This document shows positions 1 to 10,066 of a stretch of DNA of 60,441 nucleotides, piece by piece. Under the pieces are notes generated by a model. That model did not search any database. It saw only the letters and a list, made by a program, of their open reading frames with translations, and was not told where the DNA came from. A program made the translations under genes and the position numbers. The stretch lies in contig CAMVED010000006.1 in assembly GCA_947166445.1 (NCBI GenBank), forward strand, positions 1 through 60,441. Direction: 5' to 3'. Each line of letters begins with the position of its first letter. Within the stretch, counting starts at the first letter, position 1. This DNA is from an uncultured Mycoplasmatota bacterium. Its GTDB lineage: Bacteria; Bacillota_I; Bacilli_A; RF39; UBA660.

Positions 1-2291
1 ATTATAATGAAAAATTAAAAGGTCAATTAGTTTTAGCTGGCAAGTCATATTATTCGGATCATAATAATAAATTACCAATAGTTAATGGTAAGAATTATTC
101 ATATGTAACATTACCTGAAATGCAAAGCAACAATTATATAACAAAAAAGTTTGTAGATTCAGAAGGTAGAGAATGTAGTCCAAGTTATGTATATGTAAAA
201 GCAAAATCATATAATTCAAAAGAGTATGATTATATACCATGTTTGATATGCCAAGATAAAGATGGTAATCAAATATCATATAGTGATAGTTCTTATTGTC
301 AAATCACTAATTGGGACGATAAAGAAGCTCCAAAGTGTGGAAAAAAGAATGCTGATGGAAGCTATGAAACAATAAACGCTAATTATTCTGATAGTAGTAT
401 AACTATAACTGATTATTATGATAACAAGCAAATAAAAGGTATTAGAGTACATAATCTAAATACAAATAAGGAACTTACAAAAAAACTAAAAGATTCAGCA
501 GATATATCCAGTTTTAATATAAAGAAAGAGTTTAAAGATTTTTTAAAAAATAACGGAAGATATGAAGTTACATTAATTGATGAAGGCGGCAATGAATCCA
601 ATACTTGTGTAACCTTTGAAAACTCTTCTACTACAAATATGTGTGTAGCTATACAAAGTGGTGAAAACTTAACTATTACACAAGCTAGTTCATCTGTAGG
701 AATTAAAAGTTTTCACTATAAGACTACAGATGGCCTAACAAAAACATTAGAAGAGACAAATAGTGACCCAGGTGAAACTATTATTAATAGAGATTTTGAT
801 GGTGTTCCAAAAGGAGCAACTATATACTTTGTAGATAAAAATAACAATACATTTAATTGCCAAAAACAAGAAATAGATGCATCAGTAACTCCGATATGTA
901 AGTTTATAACTTCACATAGTGGAGAGACAATTAGAACTAAAACAACGTTTCAAGTTGAATGCTCTATGGGGGGAAATTACATAGAACAAAATGATTTGAG
1001 CAAAATAACAACTACTAATAAATTTGGGAAAATAGTTAAAACAACACCAAGTCCTAGCAATAACCAAGCAACAAAATTCACTTTTGATATAGAATATAAA
1101 CCAACTCCAGGTAAAAATGGAAACGATGAAATAATGAGTATAGCAGCAGGATTAGTAAAAAACCCTAACAATGGAACTCCTAATCCTCCAATAACTACTT
1201 TATTTAATGTCAAAACTTGTATAGCTTTACCTGATAGTCAGTATATATCAAATTCATCTCAAACATATGCAAATTATGGTTGGACAGTTGTAAGAGATAA
1301 TGATGATAGTGTATCATTAGCTTATAACGGAGTCTCTGGAGGCGGAGCATATGGTAATGCTAATAGTTATTTAGATAATAATTTTATAAATCCAAGCGAA
1401 ATTTTAAAAGAAGCAAAAATTTATGGTTGTTTAGTAGACCAAGGCAGTAATACCTATATAAGTACTAATTCAGGTACATCATCAGGTTATGAAAATGCCG
1501 AAAACTATTGGACTTCAAGTAATAGTTTTTATAATAACACTAATTATATTCATCATACTGTATATAAAGAAGGTTTTGTTGCAGGCTTTGCAGAAGATTC
1601 TAACATACCAATAACCACATATACTACAAGTGTTGCAGATGGTGCTATTACAAACAAAGGAGTAATAAGTGCGTCTTCGCCTAATTACAGTATTAATGGA
1701 GGAACTATAACATTTAATAATACTATTGTAACATCACATACATCTGGTAATGTATCCAGGGTAATGCAGAAGTATAGTTTGGCACCGCATTATGGCGAGT
1801 GGTATGGAAAAGCTGCTTGTACTGCTTCTAAAACTAGTTTGTGTGGAAGAAATTTTCGTTATATCATGTCTTGGAATGAAAATACAAATATAACTAGTTA
1901 TGAATTAGCTAATACTAGTCAACAAAATGGTAATAATACAAGTTCAGCAACATATTATCTTTGCGGAGGTGCTTATACTAACACAACAGTATATTTTAAA
2001 GCAAACCCTGAAAGTGATAAAACTTATCTGTATTCTGCAATCGGAAACCCAGAGTCAACGAGAAAGTATATTGAAGAGCCAAACAGTCATTATGACACTT
2101 TTGCAGGCATATATATAACTGATTGTGCGTCATCACCTAATATAGGATGTACTGGCAACAATCCTTATGCCAGATTTTATCACTTATATGATGCCGCCAG
2201 CGGATGCCACCCAGTTACTTACTATATGATATATAATAGTCAAGCTTCGCTTAGTTATAGACCATACATAATAGTAAAAAAAGTTAAATAA
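1..2291 (+). CDS. 5'-truncated pilin-like, Cys-rich surface protein/adhesin with a putative C-terminal C-type-lectin-like (DUF6273-like) domain
   Basis: The frame is open from position 3 (YNEKLKGQLVLAGKSYY...LP...VTLPEMQSNNYI...D...C..SYVYV....Y.Y..CL.C), the pattern that follows the N-terminal helix of type IV pilin-like proteins. It is Ser/Thr/Asn/Cys-rich. WTVV..., YLDNNF, YWTSS and terminal YRPYIIV motifs are present. The start lies outside the window. Confidence 0.6.
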   Translation, partial: YNEKLKGQLVLAGKSYYSDHNNKLPIVNGKNYSYVTLPEMQSNNYITKKFVDSEGRECSPSYVYVKAKSYNSKEYDYIPCLICQDKDGNQISYSDSSYCQITNWDDKEAPKCGKKNADGSYETINANYSDSSITITDYYDNKQIKGIRVHNLNTNKELTKKLKDSADISSFNIKKEFKDFLKNNGRYEVTLIDEGGNESNTCVTFENSSTTNMCVAIQSGENLTITQASSSVGIKSFHYKTTDGLTKTLEETNSDPGETIINRDFDGVPKGATIYFVDKNNNTFNCQKQEIDASVTPICKFITSHSGETIRTKTTFQVECSMGGNYIEQNDLSKITTTNKFGKIVKTTPSPSNNQATKFTFDIEYKPTPGKNGNDEIMSIAAGLVKNPNNGTPNPPITTLFNVKTCIALPDSQYISNSSQTYANYGWTVVRDNDDSVSLAYNGVSGGGAYGNANSYLDNNFINPSEILKEAKIYGCLVDQGSNTYISTNSGTSSGYENAENYWTSSNSFYNNTNYIHHTVYKEGFVAGFAEDSNIPITTYTTSVADGAITNKGVISASSPNYSINGGTITFNNTIVTSHTSGNVSRVMQKYSLAPHYGEWYGKAACTASKTSLCGRNFRYIMSWNENTNITSYELANTSQQNGNNTSSATYYLCGGAYTNTTVYFKANPESDKTYLYSAIGNPESTRKYIEEPNSHYDTFAGIYITDCASSPNIGCTGNNPYARFYHLYDAASGCHPVTYYMIYNSQASLSYRPYIIVKKVK

Positions 2292-2305
2292 AGGGGTCAT
2301 TAATT

Positions 2306-3082
2306 ATGGAAAATAAGAGGAAAATAATTACAATATTATTAATTGTAACGATATTAGTAGTTGCTATATTATTTGTTTTTAAGTTTAGCAATCATTCTAA
2401 CGTTAGTAGTAATGGCACAAAAGCTATTAAAGAGTTAGAAAAACTTCAAAAACAAAAAGCTACTTATATTATATTTGTTGGCGCTTCTGGTAAAAGTATT
2501 AAGGATAATAGTGTAATAAACACACTTGAAAATAAGTATAAAGAATTAAAAATTGTTAAGTTTGATTATTCTCAACAAAATTTACCTGGTTTGAAGAGTG
2601 TTTTGGATGCCCACAATATTACTGATGAATTAAAAAAACAAAGTTATATGTTGCTATTTAAAAATGGTTCATATGTGGGGGGATTTTATAACGTAAGTAA
2701 TTATGATAATGTTCTAAATTATTTGTATTTGAAAGAAATGTTAAAAAAACCAATTATAACTGAAGAAACCAATTTTAATCAATTTGTTTCAGACAAAAAC
2801 AAAAAGTATTTATTAATTTTTGTTGCAACTGATGAACATGTAAAAATGGTTAATAATCACAAAGATAAATTTTCATCTCTTGTAAAATATAATATTGTTA
2901 ATATAAAAAATACAGAAGGTTCTAAAATCTATAAGAATGTACGTGACAAATATAAAATAGAGCCTATCGTACCCCAAGCAGTTTACTTTGAGAATTCTAA
3001 ATTAGTTAAATCATATCTTTTAGCAGATTTTGAAGATGTGTATTTAGAAATAAAAGCAGATTTAGAAAAGAGGCAAAATTAA
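2306..3082 (+). CDS. Membrane-anchored protein with two thioredoxin-like folds lacking CxxC
   Basis: N-terminal TM helix. LLFKNGSYV and VPQAVYFENSKLV resemble thioredoxin C-terminal strands. No Cys in the protein. RBS AAGGGG. Confidence 0.5.
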   Translation: MENKRKIITILLIVTILVVAILFVFKFSNHSNVSSNGTKAIKELEKLQKQKATYIIFVGASGKSIKDNSVINTLENKYKELKIVKFDYSQQNLPGLKSVLDAHNITDELKKQSYMLLFKNGSYVGGFYNVSNYDNVLNYLYLKEMLKKPIITEETNFNQFVSDKNKKYLLIFVATDEHVKMVNNHKDKFSSLVKYNIVNIKNTEGSKIYKNVRDKYKIEPIVPQAVYFENSKLVKSYLLADFEDVYLEIKADLEKRQN

Positions 3083-3152
3083 CATTATATAAAAAAAACC
3101 AAACTTATTGGTTTTTTTTTTAAATTTGTATATAATTGTTATAGGTGATAAT

Positions 3153-3833
3153 ATGCTAGAAAAGTTAAAGTTATATTTTTTACTATTCATAATTTACTCA
3201 ATAATAGGATGGATTATGGAAGTAATATATGCATATGCAACAAAAAAGAAAGTAACAAATAGAGGTTTTCTAATAGGACCATATTGCCCAATATATGGAA
3301 TAGGATGTATTCTAATAATAATATTATTATCAAGTTACAAATATCATCCCGCAGGAATGTTTGTCTTAGCTATATTAATATGTAGTGTTCTAGAGTATTT
3401 AACAAGTTATCTTATGGAAAAAATGTTTAAAGCAAGATGGTGGGATTATTCAAAAACAAAATATAACATAAATGGTAGAGTATGTTTAGATACTATGTTA
3501 CCATTTGGAATAATAGCATGTATAGTTATATATGTACTAAATCCTGCTATTATGTCTGTAATTAATAGAATACCAGAAACTAGATTAAATATATTGACAT
3601 TAATATTGGCAATTATTTTTGTATCTGATTTAATAGCATCATTTAATATAGTTAACAATTTTAAAAAGACAATTAAAAAAGCATCACTTGAAGATCGTAC
3701 AGATGATATAAATAAATATATAAGAGATATATTATTTAAAAGATCATTATTTCATAGAAGACTATTACTTGCGTTCCCTACAAGCCACGCTATTATAAAA
3801 AGAAATAATAAAATAGATAATAAAAAAGACTAA
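3153..3833 (+). CDS. Putative ABC transporter permease (CmpB/DUF1113-like membrane protein)
   Basis: GWIME..NRGFLIGPYCPIYG and RWWDYS..YNINGRVCL motifs. ATG 3153 follows RBS AGGTGA. Confidence 0.8.
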   Translation: MLEKLKLYFLLFIIYSIIGWIMEVIYAYATKKKVTNRGFLIGPYCPIYGIGCILIIILLSSYKYHPAGMFVLAILICSVLEYLTSYLMEKMFKARWWDYSKTKYNINGRVCLDTMLPFGIIACIVIYVLNPAIMSVINRIPETRLNILTLILAIIFVSDLIASFNIVNNFKKTIKKASLEDRTDDINKYIRDILFKRSLFHRRLLLAFPTSHAIIKRNNKIDNKKD

Positions 3834-4522
3834 GCTTTTCTACTGTTGAAAACTTTAGTCTTTTTAAATTCTATAAATTCATGATGAGCTTCCTTATCTA
3901 AAGAAAGATTTAAATCTTCAAATTTAAACTTACTATCTTTAGATATTAATAATTCTTTTAAGAAATATTCTAAGAATTCTGGATTTCTGCTAAGAATAGG
4001 ACCTACAACATAAGTACCATAGAAGTTTTTATAATGAATTCCTTCATCTCCAAACAAAGGAGATTTATCATTACTATTATTTATTTCATCACTATGATTC
4101 ATAAAACCATATATTGAAGAACAAATATCATTTTCAAGAACAACTTCTTCAGAAATTCTATCCTTACTCTTTGAAACACTAAAATCAAATATTTCAAGAG
4201 ACTTTTTACCATAAAGTTCTTTTCCAAACATACCTAGAGCATTTCCGGTTATTAAGAAAAATTTATTAGCATCAATCATCTTTTTAATATCTTTTTTATA
4301 TTTAAGAAGATGATTTAAACATATAAATCTATTTTCTTCAGTACCATCTCCTATTAAAACCAAATCATATTTGGAAAAATCTAATTTGTCATCAATAGAC
4401 AAAAAATCTATATCATATTTAACATTTAATCTATCTAAATGGTATTTTAAAACTTTGACATTTCCAGTATCGCCATATAAATTCATAAGATCATAATATA
4501 AACACAGAATATTAATCTTCAT
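3830..4522 (-). CDS. gatD: GatD/CobQ-like glutamine amidotransferase subunit (catalytic Cys/His substituted)
   Basis: LYYDLMNLYGDTGN, GFMNH and EGIHYKNFYGTY..GP.L..NP motifs. Overlaps and follows murT. Confidence 0.85.
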   Translation of the reverse strand: MKINILCLYYDLMNLYGDTGNVKVLKYHLDRLNVKYDIDFLSIDDKLDFSKYDLVLIGDGTEENRFICLNHLLKYKKDIKKMIDANKFFLITGNALGMFGKELYGKKSLEIFDFSVSKSKDRISEEVVLENDICSSIYGFMNHSDEINNSNDKSPLFGDEGIHYKNFYGTYVVGPILSRNPEFLEYFLKELLISKDSKFKFEDLNLSLDKEAHHEFIEFKKTKVFNSRKA

Positions 4523-5843
4523 TTTTTAATCCCTCCATAACAGTATTAAAATCATTTAAGTAGTCAAAGTTTAGTATTGCATATATAGGGCCAGTTGATT
4601 TATCAATATCTTCTTTTGCTTCATACAAATCTTTACGAATTATAATTCTACTTTCATCAATTCCTGCATATTTTAGACGCACCGCTAAATCATATCTTTG
4701 AGGTCCTGCACAAATAAAGCAGGAAGTGTTTTCTTTTAATAATTCAAATTCTACATCATATAACCAAGAAAGTTCATCCCATAAATAACGTCTTGATATT
4801 TCAAGCCATCCGAGAACTACAGTTTTTTCTCTTTTATCGTTATAAGTGTAAAGCATAGACTGATTATATGTTGCAGCATTTTCACACTTGTTGTTCAAAA
4901 CATATACATCTCTACCTTTAACTTTATACTTGTTATATATCTTATTATCTTTATTTATATTAGATATAGAATCACAAACTTTACTTTTATTCAAACCATA
5001 TTCAGATAAAACAGAATAAGCTGCTAAAGTATTATTTAAGCTATATAGCATATCATTACTTAAAGTAATCTTATACTTTTTATCAATAGTAATAACACTA
5101 TCCTTAAAACCAGTAATATTATATTTAGGCTTAGGCATAACAAATTTACACTTTTTATTAGAACATTTATACTTACCTATATCTTCAATATGATAATAAT
5201 CATAAATTAAAGTACTATTACATAATGGGCATCTAGAGTTGTTAATAACACTAAATAAAGACTTATTATAAGAAGCATCTAATTTATCTATTCCGAAAAA
5301 AGTAACTTTATTTTTTCTATTAATTACAAATCTTTGTAAAGCAGGATCATTAGCATTCAAATATAAGTGTATTTTATCATCTATACCTTTTAAAATTTCA
5401 TCCACAATAAATTGGAAATGTCTTTGTCTAGGAGGTTGATCTCTTGTAACATTAGTTATAACCATATCCGTAGGATGAATATAAGGAGTTACATATTTTA
5501 CGCTTCTCTCATCCATCTCTAAAACTATAACATCAGTCTTTATTTTTCCGCTTAAAGAACAATTTTTAAGCAAAGTAGTAATAACCCCATAAGACATATT
5601 ACCACCTTCCTTATTATAAGCGACAGTATATCCTAAATCTTTAAAACCATTAGCAATTAATCTTGTAGTAGATCCTTTTCCAGATGAACCAGTAACAATA
5701 ATAGTTTTATCAGGCATCTTAAATTTTTTTATAATGTTCTTGTCAAGTTTTTCTGCGACAATTCCAGGAAAAGTACTTCCTCTTCCAACCAAAGTACAAA
5801 AAAAGGCAGCCAGTTTTCCCATTATAATACTAATAAATTTCAT
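4512..5843 (-). CDS. murT: Lipid II isoglutaminyl synthase subunit MurT (Mur ligase + DUF1727)
   Basis: VTGSSGKGSTT P-loop, LEMDE, TNVTRDQ, CPLC..C..C zinc finger, SWLYDVEF. Likely start ATG 5843. Confidence 0.9.
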   Translation of the reverse strand: MKFISIIMGKLAAFFCTLVGRGSTFPGIVAEKLDKNIIKKFKMPDKTIIVTGSSGKGSTTRLIANGFKDLGYTVAYNKEGGNMSYGVITTLLKNCSLSGKIKTDVIVLEMDERSVKYVTPYIHPTDMVITNVTRDQPPRQRHFQFIVDEILKGIDDKIHLYLNANDPALQRFVINRKNKVTFFGIDKLDASYNKSLFSVINNSRCPLCNSTLIYDYYHIEDIGKYKCSNKKCKFVMPKPKYNITGFKDSVITIDKKYKITLSNDMLYSLNNTLAAYSVLSEYGLNKSKVCDSISNINKDNKIYNKYKVKGRDVYVLNNKCENAATYNQSMLYTYNDKREKTVVLGWLEISRRYLWDELSWLYDVEFELLKENTSCFICAGPQRYDLAVRLKYAGIDESRIIIRKDLYEAKEDIDKSTGPIYAILNFDYLNDFNTVMEGLKNED

Positions 5844-5961
5844 AAAAACACCTCTATTAAAAGTATACCACATAAATGATCTTTTAAAAGGAAAATTTTT
5901 GTTACTTGTCATATAGATTTTTAAAAAAAATTAATATATAATACTAGTAGGAGAGTAATAT

Positions 5962-6780
5962 ATGGATTTTAGCAATATAAGAATAATCTTTATAGATATA
6001 GATGGTACTTTAGTAAATAGTAAAAAAGAAGTAACTGAAAATACTAAACAAAGTATAAAAAAAGTAGTAGAAAAAGGCATAAAAGTAGTACTTACATCTG
6101 GAAGAGATGTAATTCACACAATTGAAAAATCAAAGGAAGCTAATGCATCAAGTATTGTAATAACTACAAATGGTGGAGAAATATATGACTATCAAGAAAA
6201 CAAAATAATTTTTGAAGATATATTACCAAAATCAAAAGTCATTGATATGTGGAATTATTGTATGTATCACAAACTAGGACTAATACTAAAAAGCAATACA
6301 AAAGTATATTATAATAAGTATTCATTAATGAAAAAAGGAAAAAAATATACACTTTTAAATGATATATCGGAATGTAAAGATTATAACATTTCTCAGGTTC
6401 TTCTTATGTCAAACGAATATCAAAAAATAGACAATGCTAAAAAGTATGCTTCAAGTAAGAAAATGTTTATAACTAGCTCATCATCAAGTTATCATGAAAA
6501 TATACTTTCTAATTATTACAGTATAGATGTAAATAATAGTAATGTATCAAAAGGAACAGGTATAACTTATTTATTAAAATATTTAAATATAAAAAAAGAA
6601 GACAGTTTATGTATTGGGGACTATTATAATGATATAGATATGTTTGAAAAAAGTGGTATAAAAATTGCTATGGAGAACTCAGTAGAACCTATAAAAGAAA
6701 AAGCAGACTTTGTTACAAAGTCAAATGATGAAGATGGAATTGCTTATTTTTTAAATCATTATTTTAATAAGGAGGATTAA
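5962..6780 (+). CDS. Cof-type HAD-IIB hydrolase
   Basis: DIDGTL, SGR, SKG and IGDYYND..M motifs. Confidence 0.9.
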   Translation: MDFSNIRIIFIDIDGTLVNSKKEVTENTKQSIKKVVEKGIKVVLTSGRDVIHTIEKSKEANASSIVITTNGGEIYDYQENKIIFEDILPKSKVIDMWNYCMYHKLGLILKSNTKVYYNKYSLMKKGKKYTLLNDISECKDYNISQVLLMSNEYQKIDNAKKYASSKKMFITSSSSSYHENILSNYYSIDVNNSNVSKGTGITYLLKYLNIKKEDSLCIGDYYNDIDMFEKSGIKIAMENSVEPIKEKADFVTKSNDEDGIAYFLNHYFNKED

Positions 6781-6781
6781 T

Positions 6782-7084
6782 ATGGATTTAATAGTAATAT
6801 TAGTAATAGTAGCAGTAGTAATTATATGGCGAAGAGATGTAAAGTTTTTAGTTTATACGTTGGGAATTTTAGAAATATTCTTTAGATTAATTCATCATAT
6901 TGGAGATAAACTAAGTATTATAGATCTTAATAATTTTGTAGATAGATATATTCCTACATCTTTATTTTCAATTTTTAAAAACTATACCACAGGAATAGTA
7001 TATGAGATATTAAGTTGGTCATTAATACTGGCTTTTTGTTCATTTTTATATTATTTAACATTATATTTAATCAGAAAGAAATAG
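6782..7084 (+). CDS. Small hypothetical membrane protein
   Basis: RBS AGGAGG; about 3 hydrophobic segments; followed by a terminator. Confidence 0.7.
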   Translation: MDLIVILVIVAVVIIWRRDVKFLVYTLGILEIFFRLIHHIGDKLSIIDLNNFVDRYIPTSLFSIFKNYTTGIVYEILSWSLILAFCSFLYYLTLYLIRKK

Positions 7085-7172
7085 TAAGGTTCTATTTCTT
7101 TTTTTTTGCATTATTTTCTTCTTGTTTTAATATATAAAATAGTATATAATATACACGTGAAGGAGAGATAAT

Positions 7173-8432
7173 ATGAAAAAAGATAACGTTTTTGAAGAAA
7201 CAGTTAAAATTGATAAAAAAAGATTTGAAGAAGCAATCGATAAAGCATTTGAAAAGAAAAAATCTAGTATAAAAATGGATGGATTTAGACAAGGTAAAGT
7301 ACCAAAAGATGTATACTTTAAAAAACAAGGAAAAGAAAGTTTATATATGGATGCACTTGATATACTATTACCTGAAGCATATGATGAAGTAATGAAAAAC
7401 TATAAGCCAATCATTGATCCAAAAGTTGATATTAAATCAATCGGAGAAGATGGAGTAGAATTTTTATTTACAATCACTACTATGCCAACTGTAGAAATAT
7501 CTAAATACAAAGGTTTAAATATTAAAAAAGAAAAAGTAAAAGTAACAGCTGAAGAAATAGAACATGAAATGGGACATTTACTTGAAAGATTTACTGAACT
7601 TGCAGTTAAAGACGAAGGTAAAGTAGAATCTGGAAATGTTGCAATAATCGATTTCGAAGGATTTAAAGATGGAGTTCCATTTGAGGGTGGAAAAGGTGAA
7701 AACTATTCACTAGAAATAGGATCAAATACATTTATTCCAGGATTTGAAGATCAAGTAATCGGTATGGAAAAAGGCGAAGAAAAAGATATAAAAGTTACTT
7801 TCCCTGAAGATTATCATGCTGAAGATTTAAAAGGAAAAGAAGTAACATTTAAAGTAAAAGTTCACGAAATTAAAGAAAAACAAGCTCGTGAATTAGATGA
7901 TGAATTCTTTGAAGACTTAGGACTTGAAGGAGTAAACGATGAAAAAACTTTAAAAGAAGAAATCAAAAAGAATATTGAAGCAGGCAAAGAAAGAGAAGTA
8001 GAAGATAAATTTGTAGATGAAATTCTTGCCAAAATTGCAGAAAATACAAAAGTAGATATTCCTGAAGAATTAGTACATGATGAAATCCATCACATGATGC
8101 ACAATTTTGAAGATCAAATCAAAATGCAAGGTATCTCTTTAGAAGTATTCTATGAAATGACAAAGTCTACTGAAGAAGATTTACATAATCAAATGAAACC
8201 AGAAGCTGAAAAACATGTTCTTTATAGAATCATCTTAGAAAAAGTTAAAGAATTAGAAAAAATCAAAGTAACTGACAAAGAAGCAGACAAAGAAGCTGAT
8301 GAACTATCTAAAAAATACAATGTTGAAAAAGAAGAATTCTTAAACATGTATGGTGGACTTGAAATGCTTAAATATGAACTTGAAGTTAAAAAAGTTTTAG
8401 ATTTACTAATGAAAGAAAATGAAAAAAAATAA
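7173..8432 (+). CDS. tig: Trigger factor
   Basis: GFRQGKVP ribosome-binding motif; FKBP domain (FIPGFEDQ, VTFPEDYHA). Confidence 0.97.
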   Translation: MKKDNVFEETVKIDKKRFEEAIDKAFEKKKSSIKMDGFRQGKVPKDVYFKKQGKESLYMDALDILLPEAYDEVMKNYKPIIDPKVDIKSIGEDGVEFLFTITTMPTVEISKYKGLNIKKEKVKVTAEEIEHEMGHLLERFTELAVKDEGKVESGNVAIIDFEGFKDGVPFEGGKGENYSLEIGSNTFIPGFEDQVIGMEKGEEKDIKVTFPEDYHAEDLKGKEVTFKVKVHEIKEKQARELDDEFFEDLGLEGVNDEKTLKEEIKKNIEAGKEREVEDKFVDEILAKIAENTKVDIPEELVHDEIHHMMHNFEDQIKMQGISLEVFYEMTKSTEEDLHNQMKPEAEKHVLYRIILEKVKELEKIKVTDKEADKEADELSKKYNVEKEEFLNMYGGLEMLKYELEVKKVLDLLMKENEKK

Positions 8433-8469
8433 GCTAAATGCTTATTTTTTTAAAAAAGGAGTTGGATTT

Positions 8470-9651
8470 ATGAATAGTATAATTTTAATAAAATATGGGG
8501 AACTTACTACTAAGGGTGATAATAGAAAAGAGTTTATAAATTTACTATATAACAACCTAAAAGATAAATTAAAAAAATATGAAGTAAACATTATAAAAGA
8601 ACACTCTAGAATGTATATTGAATACAACAAAGAAAATGAAAAAGATATATTAAAAGTTTTAAAAACAACATTTGGTATTCATGCTTATGCAATAGTATAT
8701 AAAGTTGAAACAGATAAAGATCTAATATGCAAAGAAGTATTAAAACAGTTTAAAAAAGAAAACTATAAAACATTTAAAGTTGAAACCAAAAGAAGAGATA
8801 AAACACTTCCGACTACTAGTATGGATTTTAACAAAATAGTGGCAGGTTATATCCTAAAACATTGTAGTGATATTTATGTTGATATACATAACCCTGAAAC
8901 ATATATAAAAATAGAACTTAACAAAGATTACACATATTTTTATTTTAAAGAATATAAAGGACTTGGTGGTTATCCTGTTGCTGTTGCAGGTAAAGGACTT
9001 TTAATGCTTTCAGGTGGAATAGATTCACCAGTAGCAGGTTATCTTGCAATAAAACGCGGTGTAAAAATTGATGCTATTTATTTTGAAGCTCTTCCCCATA
9101 CAAGTCTAGATGCTAGAGAAAAAGTTATAACATTAGCAAAAAAACTATCAAAGTTTTCTGGAAGTATTAAACTACATATTGTACCAATTACTAAATTACA
9201 AGAAGAAATATATCAAAAAATAGATGGAACTTATATGATAACAATTTTAAGAAGAATGATGTACAGAATAAGTGAAGAAATAGCAAGAAAAAATAAAAAT
9301 TTAATATTAGTAAATGGTGAATCTATTGGACAAGTTGCAAGTCAAACACTTACTAGTATGAATGCAATAAATGAAGTTGTTAAAATACCAGTAATAAGAC
9401 CAGTAGCTTGTTTTGACAAACTAGAAATAATTGATATTGCTAAAAAAATAAATACTTATAATACAAGTATTCTGCCATATGAAGATTGCTGTACAATCTT
9501 TGTTCCAAAACATCCAGTAATTAATCCTAAAATAGAAAAATGCATTGAATACGAAAGCAAAATAGCTTATGAAGAATTAATTAAAGAAGCAATAAAAAAT
9601 ACTGAAACCATAACAATTACAAATGAAGATGAGTTCTCTAGTATTTTATAA
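8470..9651 (+). CDS. thiI: tRNA 4-thiouridine synthase ThiI (no rhodanese domain)
   Basis: IKYGEL..KG.NR, LSGGIDSPVA, GESIGQVASQT and EDCC motifs. Likely start ATG 8470. Confidence 0.95.
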   Translation: MNSIILIKYGELTTKGDNRKEFINLLYNNLKDKLKKYEVNIIKEHSRMYIEYNKENEKDILKVLKTTFGIHAYAIVYKVETDKDLICKEVLKQFKKENYKTFKVETKRRDKTLPTTSMDFNKIVAGYILKHCSDIYVDIHNPETYIKIELNKDYTYFYFKEYKGLGGYPVAVAGKGLLMLSGGIDSPVAGYLAIKRGVKIDAIYFEALPHTSLDAREKVITLAKKLSKFSGSIKLHIVPITKLQEEIYQKIDGTYMITILRRMMYRISEEIARKNKNLILVNGESIGQVASQTLTSMNAINEVVKIPVIRPVACFDKLEIIDIAKKINTYNTSILPYEDCCTIFVPKHPVINPKIEKCIEYESKIAYEELIKEAIKNTETITITNEDEFSSIL

Positions 9652-9707
9652 TTAGTATAGTTAAAAATTAAAAAAATATACAGGTATAAATTACCATGTC
9701 AATTTAT

Positions 9708-9737
9708 GTATTAAAATGGAATTTTTTTCACATTCTA
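9708..9737 (+). promoter_or_regulatory. SigmaG-like forespore promoter of the SASP gene
   Basis: GTATT-18 bp-CATTCTA matches the sigmaG consensus GHATR-17/18-CATxCTA. Confidence 0.65.
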
Positions 9738-9760
9738 TAAATGTATAGGAGGTGAAAAAA

Positions 9761-9976
9761 ATGAATCAAGGAAATAACAATAGTAAGAGTAATAGATTAG
9801 TTGTTCCTGGAGCTAGACAAGCTATCGATAACATGAAATATGAAATAGCTAAAGAATTTGGTGTAACTCTAGGACCAGACACTACTTCAAGACAAAACGG
9901 ATCTGTTGGTGGAGAAATCACAAAACGTCTAGTTGAAAGAGGTATGTCAGGATTAAGCGGTTATTCTAACAAATAG
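9761..9976 (+). CDS. Alpha/beta-type small acid-soluble spore protein
   Basis: [44 protein letters not shown]. Contains the GPR cleavage site EIAKEF. RBS AGGAGGTG. Confidence 0.97.
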   Translation: MNQGNNNSKSNRLVVPGARQAIDNMKYEIAKEFGVTLGPDTTSRQNGSVGGEITKRLVERGMSGLSGYSNK

Positions 9977-9995
9977 TTAATATAAATTGTCTTAT

Positions 9996-10025
9996 AAAGC
10001 ACTCAAGGTTTTTGGGTGCTTTTTT
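9996..10025 (+). terminator. Intrinsic terminator after the SASP gene
   Basis: AAAGCACTCAA/TTGGGTGCTTT stem plus T tract. Confidence 0.8.
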
Positions 10026-10066
10026 AGTTTATAAAATAATGTTATAATAATTAAAGGTGATACTTT

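Noticed and set aside
1900-2291. DGR variable repeat at the adhesin 3' end
   Set aside because: No second copy (template repeat) and no reverse transcriptase in the window; it cannot be excluded elsewhere in the genome.
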